From Torpedo marmorata (lineage: Eukaryota): 64,000 nt of DNA. The notes below the pieces were generated by a model. The model saw only the letters and a program-made list of their open reading frames with translations. It had not been told where the DNA came from and did no database searches. Below, one piece after another: positions 26,665-37,765 of the stretch. The DNA is taken from NCBI GenBank assembly GCA_977017645.1, contig OZ360245.1:7130001-7194000 (forward strand). The letters run 5' to 3'. The first letter of the stretch is position 1. Every line of letters starts with the position of its first letter. The position numbers and the translations under genes were made by a program.

Positions 26665-26777
26665 CTCACCGGAGTCCGAGGGCTGCCAATAAACCTGCGG
26701 GGTGAACGGATTTTTGGTTCGAACGAGAATTTTTCCTTCACACTTTCCAGTACTGATGGAGCAACATATGTGAACCC
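26665..26777 (-). CDS. RPS6KB1: S6K1 exon 14 (GFTYVAPSVLESVKEKFSFEPKIRSPRRFIGSPRTPVS): hydrophobic-motif Thr (T389 equivalent) and autoinhibitory S/T-P sites
   Basis: 113 nt, AG/GT boundaries, manual translation. Confidence 0.97.
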
Positions 26778-26959
26778 CTAGAAACAAAAAAAAACGCCAT
26801 ATCTCTCCGATTCTTCACTCATGACATTATTCACGTGCGTCTAGTCAGTGTAAGGCGAGAGGTGGCTCTAATCACAAAACCACATCATCTTGTCTTTATG
26901 CAACACATTTACACTTTCCACGAGCCGCCACTGGTCAGACCTGGCAGAAGGATTCACAT

Positions 26960-27270
26960 AAAAACTTACAGAAATGCTGGAGGAACTCAGCCAGTCACGC
27001 AGCGTCCATAGGAGGTAAAGATATATTACCGACGTTTTGGGCCTCTTCAAGAGGTAAGCAATGAACAGAAAGGTGTCAGAATAAAGACAGGGAGGAGTTC
27101 ATGCCAACAAAAGGTGTTACCTGCAGATGGGGAATTGAAATGGGTGGCCACTGGGAGATCCGCGCTATTGCGGCATATAGAGCTGAGGTGCTCAACAAAG
27201 TGATCTCCCAGTCTGTGCCCAGTCTCTCCGATGTAGAGGAGACCACAACAGGAGCACCGGAGTATTCACA
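26960..27270 (-). mobile_element. Penelope-like element 3' fragment
   Basis: Terminal segment tgctggaggaactcagc..gacgttttgggcc plus an ORF remnant. Confidence 0.6.
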
Positions 27271-27366
27271 GTTGATCTTTCTCCTCGCTAGTCTTATACT
27301 CACATGACATATTTCCTCATGCGCCAAAGGAAAACATCCCAAAAGCTTACAGCATCTTTTTTACAG

Positions 27367-27626
27367 GGGCGGCACGGTTGGCGTAGCGGTTAGCGCAACG
27401 CCTTTACAGCGCCAGCAATCGGGACTGGGGTTCAAATCCCGCGCTGTCTGTAAGGAGTTTGTACGTTCTCCCCGTGTCTGCATTGGTTTTCCCTGGGGGC
27501 TCCTGTTTCCTCCCACCGTTCGAAACGTACTGGGGGTGTAGGTTAATTGGGTGTAATTGGGCGGCACGGACTCGTGGGCCGAAATGGCCTGTTATCATGC
27601 TGTTTGTCTAAATTTAAAAATTTAAA
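27367..27626 (+). mobile_element. V-SINE, full length and young
   Basis: ggggcggcacggttggcgtagcgg head, B box ggttcaaatccc, many intact CpGs, AT-rich tail. Confidence 0.92.
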
Positions 27627-28543
27627 TCTCCAGTCATGCTCTGTAACCTCACCACCAAACTCTTCATGAAACCATCCATTCACCCCACATTCAGGAACTC
27701 AAGGTGGTCAGCTGCTCAGGAACCTTCGGCCTCTTTGGAGGTTCTCACCTGAAACCCATGTTATTTTTTTTAAACTCACCAGCATACAAATACTTTCTTG
27801 AAATGTAATGCCAAATTATGCCTGCGCATCCCGAGCCCCTTGTGATCACTTTTCACGTTCCCAATAATGCCCCATTTTGTACAGTGCCATACTGCATTTC
27901 ATTCACACGACCCCGTTCATCACAAATGGTGGAGATGAACAACTTAAATCCTGAAGGATCAAGTAAAATCACCAGCAGAGTATGGCCAGTAGGAGGTCTC
28001 CAAACTGTTGGCGTGAACCAGCTAGCAATCCTCCACTTTCATTTATTGGGGCTAATAGTCTGTAGTTTTCTGCTTTTGCAAGTGAAGAGAAATCGACCCC
28101 ATTGACAATTTCCTGGTCTGTACCATACTACAAATATTCAGTTCGTACATTCATACAGTTTGAAAAAAGAGAAGTAGTAAATGGTCAAATAAGACTTTGA
28201 AGGGTAAATTTTAGTCAGGACAGAATTCACCTGCACATTATGACGTTTTACATCCATTGAAGCAAACAGCCTTTTAAAGGTGCAGAATTCAGAGCTACCC
28301 TCGAAATTGAGCCTTGATTATGTGCTTGTATCTGCCGTTTCACTTGAATGCCCAGAAGCTTGGATGATACCAAGAATGACACACGCCCAGAGCAATATAC
28401 TTGTATTTTTTAATACACAAGATATTTTCAGTGAATCATCCCAAAAACAATGTCAACCCCTTCTTTGTCCTCAAGGTATGCCTCAAATTTCTCTTAAAGG
28501 GGAGTATATGCTAGAGATACATTCAGTTTTTATTTATTTATGT

Positions 28544-28794
28544 CAAATTTAGACTTGTAGCGCGGTAACAGGCCATTTCGGCCCACGAGTCCGTGCCGCC
28601 CAATTTACACCCAATTAACCTACACCCCAGGTACATTTTGAACGGTGGGAAGAAACCGGAGCCCCCGGGGAAAACCCACGCAGACACGGGGAGAGCGTAC
28701 AAACTCCTTAAAGACAGTGCGGGATTTGAACCCCGGCCCCGATCGCTGGCGCTGTAAAGGCGTTGCGCTAACCGCTATGCTAACCGTGCCGCCC
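28544..28794 (-). mobile_element. V-SINE, full length and young
   Basis: Reverse complement of 27367. Confidence 0.92.
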
Positions 28795-28849
28795 CAATTT
28801 AAAAAGACAATTAAATTTAAAATTAAAATTAAAAAAAATTTAATTTCAG

Positions 28850-29088
28850 TGTTGCAGTTAACACAACGCTGTTACAGCGCCAGCGACCTGGGTTCCAATC
28901 CAGTACTGTCTGTAAGGAGTTTGTACGTTCTCCCAGTGACCGCGTGGGTTTTTACCAGTTGATCTGGTTTCCTCCCATGTTGCAGACATACATGATTAGT
29001 GAGTTAATTGGTCATATGGGTGTAATTGGGCAGAGCGGGCTCGTGGGCCAGAAGGGCCTGTTACCGCATTGTATCTCTAAATTTAAAA
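28850..29088 (+). mobile_element. V-SINE, older copy, head-to-head with 28544-28794
   Basis: Same family motifs, more diverged. Confidence 0.85.
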
Positions 29089-29174
29089 AGATACAAAAGT
29101 GTAAGGTGTTTCACCTTTCCAGCTGTACTCAATGTTTTTGAAAATATACCAAATAGAGTTTAAAACACAAATGG

Positions 29175-29384
29175 AGTGAAACACGAAAGTCTGCAGACAC
29201 TGTGATGTAGTAAAAACTCAAAAATGCTGGAGGAACTCAGCAGTTCTCACATCATCCAAAGTTTCGCGCCTGAGCCCTGCTTCAAGGTACCTCAGGCCCG
29301 AAACACTGGTTATATATCTTTACCTCCTATGGACACTGCGAAACCTGCTGAGTTCCTCCAACATTTTTATGTTTTTACTTCAAC
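29175..29384. mobile_element. Fold-back Penelope-derived miniature element
   Basis: tgctggaggaactcagcag...ctgctgagttcctccaaca arms; ggcccgaaac core. Confidence 0.75.
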
Positions 29385-29702
29385 ACAAATGGGTCAAATA
29401 GCCTGTGTCATGTTTAAGCTCCACATGAGCTACTTTTCCCATCCTGAAACCCATGAGAATATTCAAGTGGTTTATTTACTTTTTATGCACAAGATTTTTT
29501 TTCTTTCATTACACCTCATCATCCAGACAGTACAATGATCACTCAACTTGAGTAGTGTAAAATAAAACACCAGTGACCTCAGAAGCAGAGAAAGACACAT
29601 GGCATAAAAACAGAAACTAGTGGAAACGCTAAGACAGGCAGCATCTGCAGGAAGATAAATAGTTAATGTTAACTGCAGTCCATGAAAGCTTCTCTTTCCT
29701 CA

Positions 29703-29897
<195 letters not shown>

Positions 29898-31612
29898 CTA
29901 AAGACAAAAAAAAAACACATGATTCATCTAGAACTGGATGACTAGTCCTGAGGATTTTGTTCTTCATTCATCTTTTATGAACACTCAGCACAATTCTGAA
30001 CAAAAAAAACACTAGCTAAACAATTACATTGGTGCAAAAAAACTCTATTAGACTGTGACCGGCAAAATATCTAACTGCATATTTATTTCACTAGAACTTT
30101 CTCGTCATCAGATTCTGTCTCATCATCAGATGCAGTCGGAGAAAGCCAAGCTCTCAAACACTAATTCTGCAATACTTCTCCATTTCTCCCCCATCCGCAG
30201 GCAACACTCCAAGTTTTGCAGTGTTTTAATTTGTGCTGATCTATCGTAAGCAGCCCCATGAGAAAGCCTGGAGAAAATGCGGGTTTTGGTGAAAAATGAA
30301 AGGATTCACAATGAAGTGAATTGAAAGTGAGCCCATAAGATTCCAAGATACACAAGAGGAGCATCAGTTATATATCAGATATGTTATTTAGCGAGTTAAA
30401 GATTTTACATCCTAAGTATGCATTGAGCTCATTTCAGCAACAGGATTGTATTAGTTTGAAGGATCATTCAGAAGGCTTCTAATTCCACTAGCAGCTATTT
30501 GTAGTTGTGAATGCTAACTCAAGTAAAAGAAAATTCAATTACATAACCAACATTACTCACCAGGCAGTGAGTTAAAGTGACAGGTTAACAGCCATTGAGT
30601 TCCACTGCATTCAAACGCAATCAATTATGACTATCTCATGCAAGGAATTCTTTCTATCACTTCTAGTGTGAACGTGTTCGTAGGCACCAGGGCTCAAATT
30701 GCTAATATGCTTCCAGAGTTTTACCTCTTCTCATATCAGGCCACTTTAGAGAACATCAGAAACTAACTCTGCAGTGTGAAGGTTATTTCCACTGGCTACC
30801 AGTAAACAATTCTGGCCTCTGCAAAGGCTGATAAACATTTATGTTGTGGTATCATATTGCAGGATTTGTTGAATTCTATTTCATAACCTAGAACATTAAA
30901 TCAAAACTTCTGGTTGCTTAGCCAATTTTTTATTACACTACAATACTTAAAAAGAGACAAATTTATTATGAATTCAGCACTTTGATCCAATTCTTTTCCA
31001 AAGGCAGAAGTGACTAAAGGATGAAAACAAAATCACACAAAACATCTGTTTGGCCATAAGTTGCACGTCCAACTCTGGGCATTGCAATTTAAGGGAAATG
31101 GAATAGTTCTTGGAGTGAGGGATTCAGAAAACAAAAATGCTCTCCTTGGAGCAGAGAAGGTTGAACGCAGATTAAGTTACAGTACTCAACCTCATGAAGG
31201 GTCCAGGCGAAATAAATAAGGAGTTCTCATTGGTGGAATTCCCACAAATCAGGGCATAGTTTCAAGATGACTGGCAAAAAAGCAAAAGGAGAGGCAAGGA
31301 ATGCTTCACAAATATATATAATTTTGAATGCTTTGCTTCGAAGGCCAGAGAAAGCAGATTCAAATATGGCTTTTAAAAAAGCACTGGCAAAATGAACCAG
31401 TCTGAAAGGCCATAAATCCCCAGGGCCTGATTAACTACATCTGGGATTTTGAAGGTGGTGGCAACAGAGAATGTGAATGTACAAATTACCATCCAAAATT
31501 CCATAGTTCCCACAGATTGGAAGGTAGCAAATATAATTTCACTATTTAAGAAAGGAAAGAGGGAATACACAGGAGGTACAGACCAGTTATTACCGGTAAT
31601 TACTTTAAAAAA

Positions 31613-31855
31613 TAAAAAAAATTTAGACATACAGCACTGTAACAGGCGCTTCCAGCCCACGAGCCCGTGCCACCCACATACCCCAATTAACACCCCCGTA
31701 CGTTTTGAAGGGTGGGAGGAAACTGGAGCACCTGGAGGAAACCCATGCAGACACGTGGAGAACGTACAAACTCCATACAGACAACGCTGGATTTAAACCC
31801 GGGTCGCTGGCGCTGTAACAGCATAGCGCTAACCACTACGATAACCTTGCCGCCC
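31613..31855 (-). mobile_element. V-SINE inside an old CR1 fragment
   Basis: Family motifs; flanking VPTDWKVANIISLFKKG CR1 peptide. Confidence 0.85.
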
Positions 31856-31944
31856 AATTATCCTGACATCAATAGAAGGGAAAATGTCGGATCCTATTAA
31901 GTGATTAAAAGAATTGGCGGCTAAGACCTCATTAAAATTGCTAT

Positions 31945-33418
31945 TGTCATGGTTGCGTACTTACCTGCGTCGGGAGCAGTGCCAGTCGCCGCTGATGACA
32001 TATCTGAAGCGACGTGCGGGAGTAATAACGCCATGTATGTTACATTCTAAATGTAGTATTACGTGACAATAATGGAACCTTTACCTTTTCTTTTTACATG
32101 CGTGTGTTAGTTAAGCAGTCAGCATACGGGTGATAGATCTTGGACGCATGAGGAGAGTGAGAGTGTCAGGATCACTTGTGTGGCAGTGAGCCAATGAGAA
32201 GGTCAGAGGGGCTTGGCTGGGTGGTGTTTGGGGAGTTGAAGAATGCAGTGTTGTGTCTGAAGAGAATAAAGAAAGTCGACTCCTTTTTGTGCTGAAAGAA
32301 ACGAGTGAGTGTATTCTTTAATTGTGTGCAAACTGGGTAAATCAGTGCCGTTACAAGTGATGACCCCATGAGTTCACAGCACCTTCTAGTTTAAAATGGA
32401 TAGTGATGAGCATAAACCCCTTACAGGAGCAGTCGGGGAGGTCAAACTGGATATTCCCCCCCCCCCCCCTTTATATTAATAATGCACCAGCGTGGTTCAC
32501 AATCCTTGAGGCACGTTTCTCCTCCCTCAGTGTGAGAAGTCAGAAGACGAAATATGGTTTACTTCTGGCGCGTCTTCCAGAGCAGATTGCCTGTGAAGTG
32601 GAGGATGTTTTAGTGGATCCGGATGGTAATCTCCCATATGACATGCTTAAGGCTGCTATTCTGTGGGGTACTCAGCCATCTAAGGAGACTCTTATTGCTG
32701 AAGTACTAGCTGATGACAGCCTAGGCGATAGGCAACCACCACAGATGTTGAGGAAATGGTGCAGACTTTTGTGATTGACAGGAATGGGAAAGCTGGCATG
32801 GTTTCCATCGGCAGGTTGAGGCCAGCGTATATCGATGGTCCACGTTCTGCGTCGGGGCCAGAGTCGGAGGACCAGTCGCACCCCTGCCAGTCGGACCGTA
32901 CATCACCTGTCTTGCAGTATCGTACGAGGTCAGCTGAACTGTCAGCCCTCCAGACTGTTAAGTAGTGCGACAGTTTCATTCAGTCACCTCCTTTTTTTTG
33001 GGGAATATCTTATTTATATTTTTTAAAGCCAAACATAAGTCACCTCCTTGTATGGCTCGGAGGCTGGGGGGGGGGTGCTGTCGCGGTCGCGTACTTACCT
33101 GCGTCGGGAGCGGTGCTGGTCGCCGCTGATGACGCATCTGAAGCGACGTGCGGGAGTAATAGCACGCATGCGTGGGTTAGTTAAGCAGTCAGCATACGGG
33201 TGATAGATCTCACGCAGCAGGAGGAGAGTGAGAGTGTCAGGATCACCCGTGTGGCGGTGAGCCAATGAGAAGGTCAGAGGGGGTTTGGCTGGTTGGTGTT
33301 TGGGGAGTTGAAGAATGCAGTGTTGTGTCTGAAGAGAATAAAGAAAGTCGACTCCATTTTGTGCTGAAAGAGTGTATTCTTTAATTGTGTGTAAACTGGG
33401 TAAATCAGTGCCGTTACA
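31945..33418 (+). mobile_element. Internally deleted Gypsy (CsRN1-like) LTR retrotransposon; LTRs 31945-32355 and 33079-33418
   Basis: TGT...ACA direct repeats; 4-bp TSD CTAT (31941-31944 / 33419-33422); PBS-like tgatgacccc (32358-32367, near tRNA-Trp complement TGGTGACCCC); poly-G PPT 33066-33075; gag N-terminal and integrase C-terminal peptides. Confidence 0.9.
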
Positions 33419-34584
33419 CTATCACTAATGAGGTAGTGCTGAGCAAACTGTGGGTGTAAAAGGTAGACGAGTCCCCTGGACCTGATGGATAAATCCCAGG
33501 GCACTGAAATAAATGGCAGAAGCTATAGGAGCGGCGTTTGGTCATTTACCAAAATTCTCTTGAATCTGTGCAGGCTCCGGTGGATTGGAGAACAGCAAAT
33601 GTCATGTCACTGTTTAAAAGAGGGTGTAGGCAAACTATAGGCCAGTTAGCTTAGCATCTGTAGTTGGGAAAATGCTTGAAGCTATAATTAAGGAAGAAAT
33701 AACGAGACATCTGGAGAGAATTTGTTTCATCGGGCAAACATAGCATGGATTCAGGAAGGGCAGGATCTGTTTGACAAATTTACTGGGGTTCTTTGATGAT
33801 ATAAAAAGCACAGTGCACAGAGGGAAACAGGTGGATGTTGTATAATTGGATTTCCAGAAGGCATTCGATAAGGTGCCGCATAAAAGACTCATCGATGAGG
33901 ATTAACATGGGCAGAGGAATGGTTAACCAATAGAATGCAGAGTTGCGATAAATGGGTGGTTCAGGTTGGCAGTGGCAAGTGGAGTGCTGCAAGGATTGGT
34001 GCTGGGCCCACAACCGTTCACAAGGTACATCAACTATTTTGAAAAAGGGACCGAGCAAAGCGTATCTAAGTTTGATGATGACACTAACATGAGTGGAAAA
34101 GCAAATTGTGCAGAGGATCTGAAGAGTTTGCAGAGAGATATAGATCAGTTCAGTAAGTGGACAAGGGTCTGGCAGACGGAGTACAATGTTGCTAAAGGCA
34201 AGGTCATCCACTTTGGAAGGAAAAGTAGATCAGATCATTTTTAAGTGGTGAAATATTCCCACATGCTGTTGTTCAGAGGGACTTGGGAATAATTTTGCAT
34301 GAATTGCAAGAGGCTATTTGCAGGTGCAACAGGTAATTGAGAAGGCAGCTGGAATGTTGGCCTTCATTGCTAGAGGAACTGAATTTAAGAGCAGGGAAGT
34401 TCTGCTGCAACTGCACAGGTGAAGACACACCAGCAGTACTGTATGCATTTTTGGTCTGACTTGAGAAACTGGCTTTGAAGATTCAGCACTGGAGGCTCAC
34501 CAGGTTAACTCTGGAGGTGAGGGGGTTATCCTACGAGGAGAGATCGAGTTGCCTGGGACTATACTCGCTGGAATTCAGAAGAAT

Positions 34585-35606
34585 ATGCATCAGTACCGGA
34601 GCACCACAGGGCTGCGTTCTTAACCCCCTGCTCTACTCACTTTACACCTACGACTGTGGGGATCGGTACGACAATAACACCACCTACAAATTTGCTGACG
34701 ATACCATGGTATTAAAAAAAAAGGCGATGAGTCAGCATACAGGAGGGAGATTGAAAACTTGGCTGAATGGTGCACCAACAACAATCTTGCACTCAATGTC
34801 ACCAAAACCAAGGAGCTGATTGTTGACTTCAGGAAGGGAAAACCAGAGGTATATGATCATTGGGGGATCAGAGGTGGAGAGGATGAACAAATTGAAGTTC
34901 TTGGGAGTCACAATCTCAGAGGATCTTTCCTGGACCAAACACACTAATGGCATCGAGAAGAAAGCACGTCAGCGCCTCGACTTCCTCAGGAATTTGCGGA
35001 GGTTTGGTATGACATCAGAAACCCTGGCAAATTTCTACAGATGTGTGGTGGAAAGTGTGCTGACCGGCTGCACCACGGTCTGGCATGGGGACAACAATAC
35101 CCCTGAGCGTAAAGCCCTCCAAGAGGTAGTGGACACAGCCCAGGACACCACAGGCAAAACCTTCCGCACCATCGAGAACATCTACAGGGAACGCAGCCGT
35201 CAGAGAGCAGCAGCGATCATCGAGGATCCACACCACCAAGCACACGCTCTGTTCTCATTACTACCATCAGGAAAGAGTTATAGGTGCCATAAGACGCGCA
35301 CCACCAGGTTCAGGAACAGCATCTAACCCTCCACCATCAGACTCCTCAACAACAAACTCAATCAGGGACTCATTTAAGGACTCTTCCTATTGCACTTTAT
35401 TTTTTTTTAATTCTCTCTGTGTTGCACAGTTTGTTTACATTAGTTACCTGTTACCAGTTCTTTATTTGTTTACATGTGTACGTTGTGTACAGTTTTTATT
35501 TTGCACTACCAATAAGTGGTAATTCTGCCTGGCCCACAGGGAAATGGATCTCAGGGTTGTATGTGATGTCATGTATGTACTCTTGACAATAAATCTGAAA
35601 TCTGAA
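34585..35606 (+). mobile_element. 5'-truncated Rex1/Babar LINE with (TCTGAA)n tail
   Basis: STGAPQGCVL.PLLYSLYT, YKFADD, KKARQRL.FLR, NFYRCVVESVLTGC. Confidence 0.9.
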
Positions 35607-35723
35607 TGAGAGCGGATCTAATAGAGAAATTTAGAAAATTATAAAAGGGATAGATGAGATAGTGGCAGGAAAGTTGTTTCCACTGGGAGGTGAGACCAAA
35701 ACTAGGGGACACAGCCTAGGGGA

Positions 35724-36611
35724 CACTGCTCTACTAGTTATACACCCATGACTGTGTGGCCAGGCACAATTCCAATGCCATCTACAAGTTTGCCGATGAT
35801 ACCACAGTTGTCGGCAGAATCACAAACTGCAATGAGGAAGCGTACAGGAGGGAGATAATCAGCTCGTTGAATGGTGTAACGACAACAACCTTGAGCTCAA
35901 TGTCAGCAAAACCTTGTGGACTTCAGGAGGAAGTCAGGGGAACACGACCCAGTCCTCATCGAGGGCTCAGTAGTGGAGAGGGTCAATAACTTCAAATTCC
36001 TGGGTGTCAACATCTCCAAGGATCTGTCCTGGAGCCTCCACGTTGATGCAATCACAAAGAAGGCTCGTCAGCGGCTATACTTTGTGAGGTGTCTGAGGAG
36101 ATTCGGTATGTCACCGAAGACTCTCATAATCTTCTGCAGGTGTACCGTGGAAAGCATTCTGGCTGGTTGCATCACTGCCTGGTATGGAGGCACCAACTCT
36201 CAGGACAAGAGTAAACTCCAGAGGAGTTAACTCGGCCTGTGACATCACAGGCACCAAACTTCACTCCATCGAGGACATCGACATGAGGCGGTGTCTTAAA
36301 AAAGCAGCCTCTATCCTCAAAGACCCCCACCACCCAGGCCATACCCTCTTCACTCTGCTACCATCGGGAAATAGGTACAGGAGCCTAAAGACGACCACTC
36401 AACGGCACAAGGACAGCTTCTTCCCCGCTGCCATCAGATTCCTGAATAACCAATGAACCAAAGACACTGCCCTACATTTCGTGCACTATTATTTATAATT
36501 TTTTATAGTAATGTCGTAAGCTGGTTATAATATGAATGTTAATTGCACTGTGATGCTGCCGCAAAACACCGAATTTCGTGACTTGTTCATGACAATAAAT
36601 TCTGATTCTGA
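35724..36611 (+). mobile_element. 5'-truncated Rex1/Babar LINE with (TTCTGA)n tail
   Basis: IYKFADDTTVVG, FKFLGVNISKDLSW, DSFFPAAIRFLN; near-identical to 45033-46232. Confidence 0.9.
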
Positions 36612-37197
36612 ATATGCAGGGGGATAGATTTAGGATGGAGATGAGGAGGAACTGCTTTTCCCAGAGAGGAGTGAATCTGTGGAATTCCCTGCCCATGGAA
36701 GCAGTAGAGGCTGCCTCATTAAATGTATTTAAGACGTAGTTAGATAGGTTAGACCAGTAGTTTTCAAACTTTTTCTTTCCACTCCCTATGTAATCCCTAT
36801 GCCATAGGTGCTCTGTGATTAGTAAGGGATTACTTAAGGTGGTATGTGAGTGGAAAGAAAATGTTTGAGAACCACTGTTTTAATCGTACCTAACTCGTTA
36901 TGTGCACGGTTTCATAACTCCAAAGGAAATGGGCCAATGACAATTTTTCTCAAGCTAAATATTTCAGTAACAATTGGGTCTAGAGCAGTGGTTCTCAATC
37001 TTTTTATCCCACTCACATACCACCTCAAGTAATCCCTTACTAATCACAGAGCACCTATGGCATAGGGATTACCGTATTTTCACTCATATAATGCGCACAC
37101 GCATATAACGCGTGGAAAATCTTAAACTATGTAAAAATATTCTCGTATAGCGCGCACATGCATATACCGCGCGGGTGTAGTATTCTACATTCCAACT

Positions 37198-37535
37198 CAA
37201 GAGCAATTTTCATTTACTTGGGACAGGAGACAGTACACATTCCATAGTCCCACTATCTGCCACAGTAAATCTCCCACGATTTACAACCCATTCAACTTCC
37301 CCCAATAGTGTCAATCGCCCATTATATAGATGATATCCTCCTGAAAGGTCCGACTGAGACCGTTGTCTCAGAGGCACTTGATATGTTAATCTCCTCCCTC
37401 ATGGGACGGGTCTGGGCAATTAATATTGATAAGGTGCAGTGCCCTAGCCAGAATATCCTGTTTCTCGGAATACCATGGCACTCAGGCTAAAGAGATATTC
37501 CCGAGACTGCCAAGATCAAAATTTTGAATTTTGCC
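37198..37535 (+). pseudogene. Retroviral reverse-transcriptase fragment, class III/ERV-L-like
   Basis: QEQFSFTWDRRQYTF, SPTICH, HYIDDILLKG, WAINIDKVQCP, FLGIPW, RDIP..K.KIL; LPQG deleted, one frameshift, one stop. Confidence 0.8.
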
Positions 37536-37620
37536 ATTTTGTATGTACCCAGTTCGTTGTGTGTGTGTGCGTCCTCACTGTGATTTTCCCACGTTCGTCT
37601 GCAAATTTTGCATGTGTTTC

Positions 37621-37765
37621 ATTGCCGCTATTACTTTCCCATGCTTGCTATAAATTGTGCGCGTTGTTTATTGTCACTACTACTTTCCGTCGCCCGCTAT
37701 AAATTGTGCGCGTTGTTTTATTGCCGCTACTACTTTCCCACGCTCGCTATAAACTGTGTGCGTGT
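37621..37765 (+). repeat. About 3 copies of a ~50-bp tandem repeat
   Basis: Unit approx. attgccgctactactttccca.gct.gctataaattgtgcgcgttgttt. Confidence 0.85.

Noticed and set aside
27367-27450. tRNA-like A/B boxes
   Set aside because: These are SINE heads followed by V-SINE body and tail, not tRNA genes.
31958-31967. Possible U1 snRNA gene or pseudogene (TACTTACCTG)
   Set aside because: Only 10 nt match; the downstream sequence is LTR, not U1.
37621-37765. CRISPR-like repeat array
   Set aside because: Contiguous degenerate tandem units with no unique spacers, in a eukaryotic transposon context.
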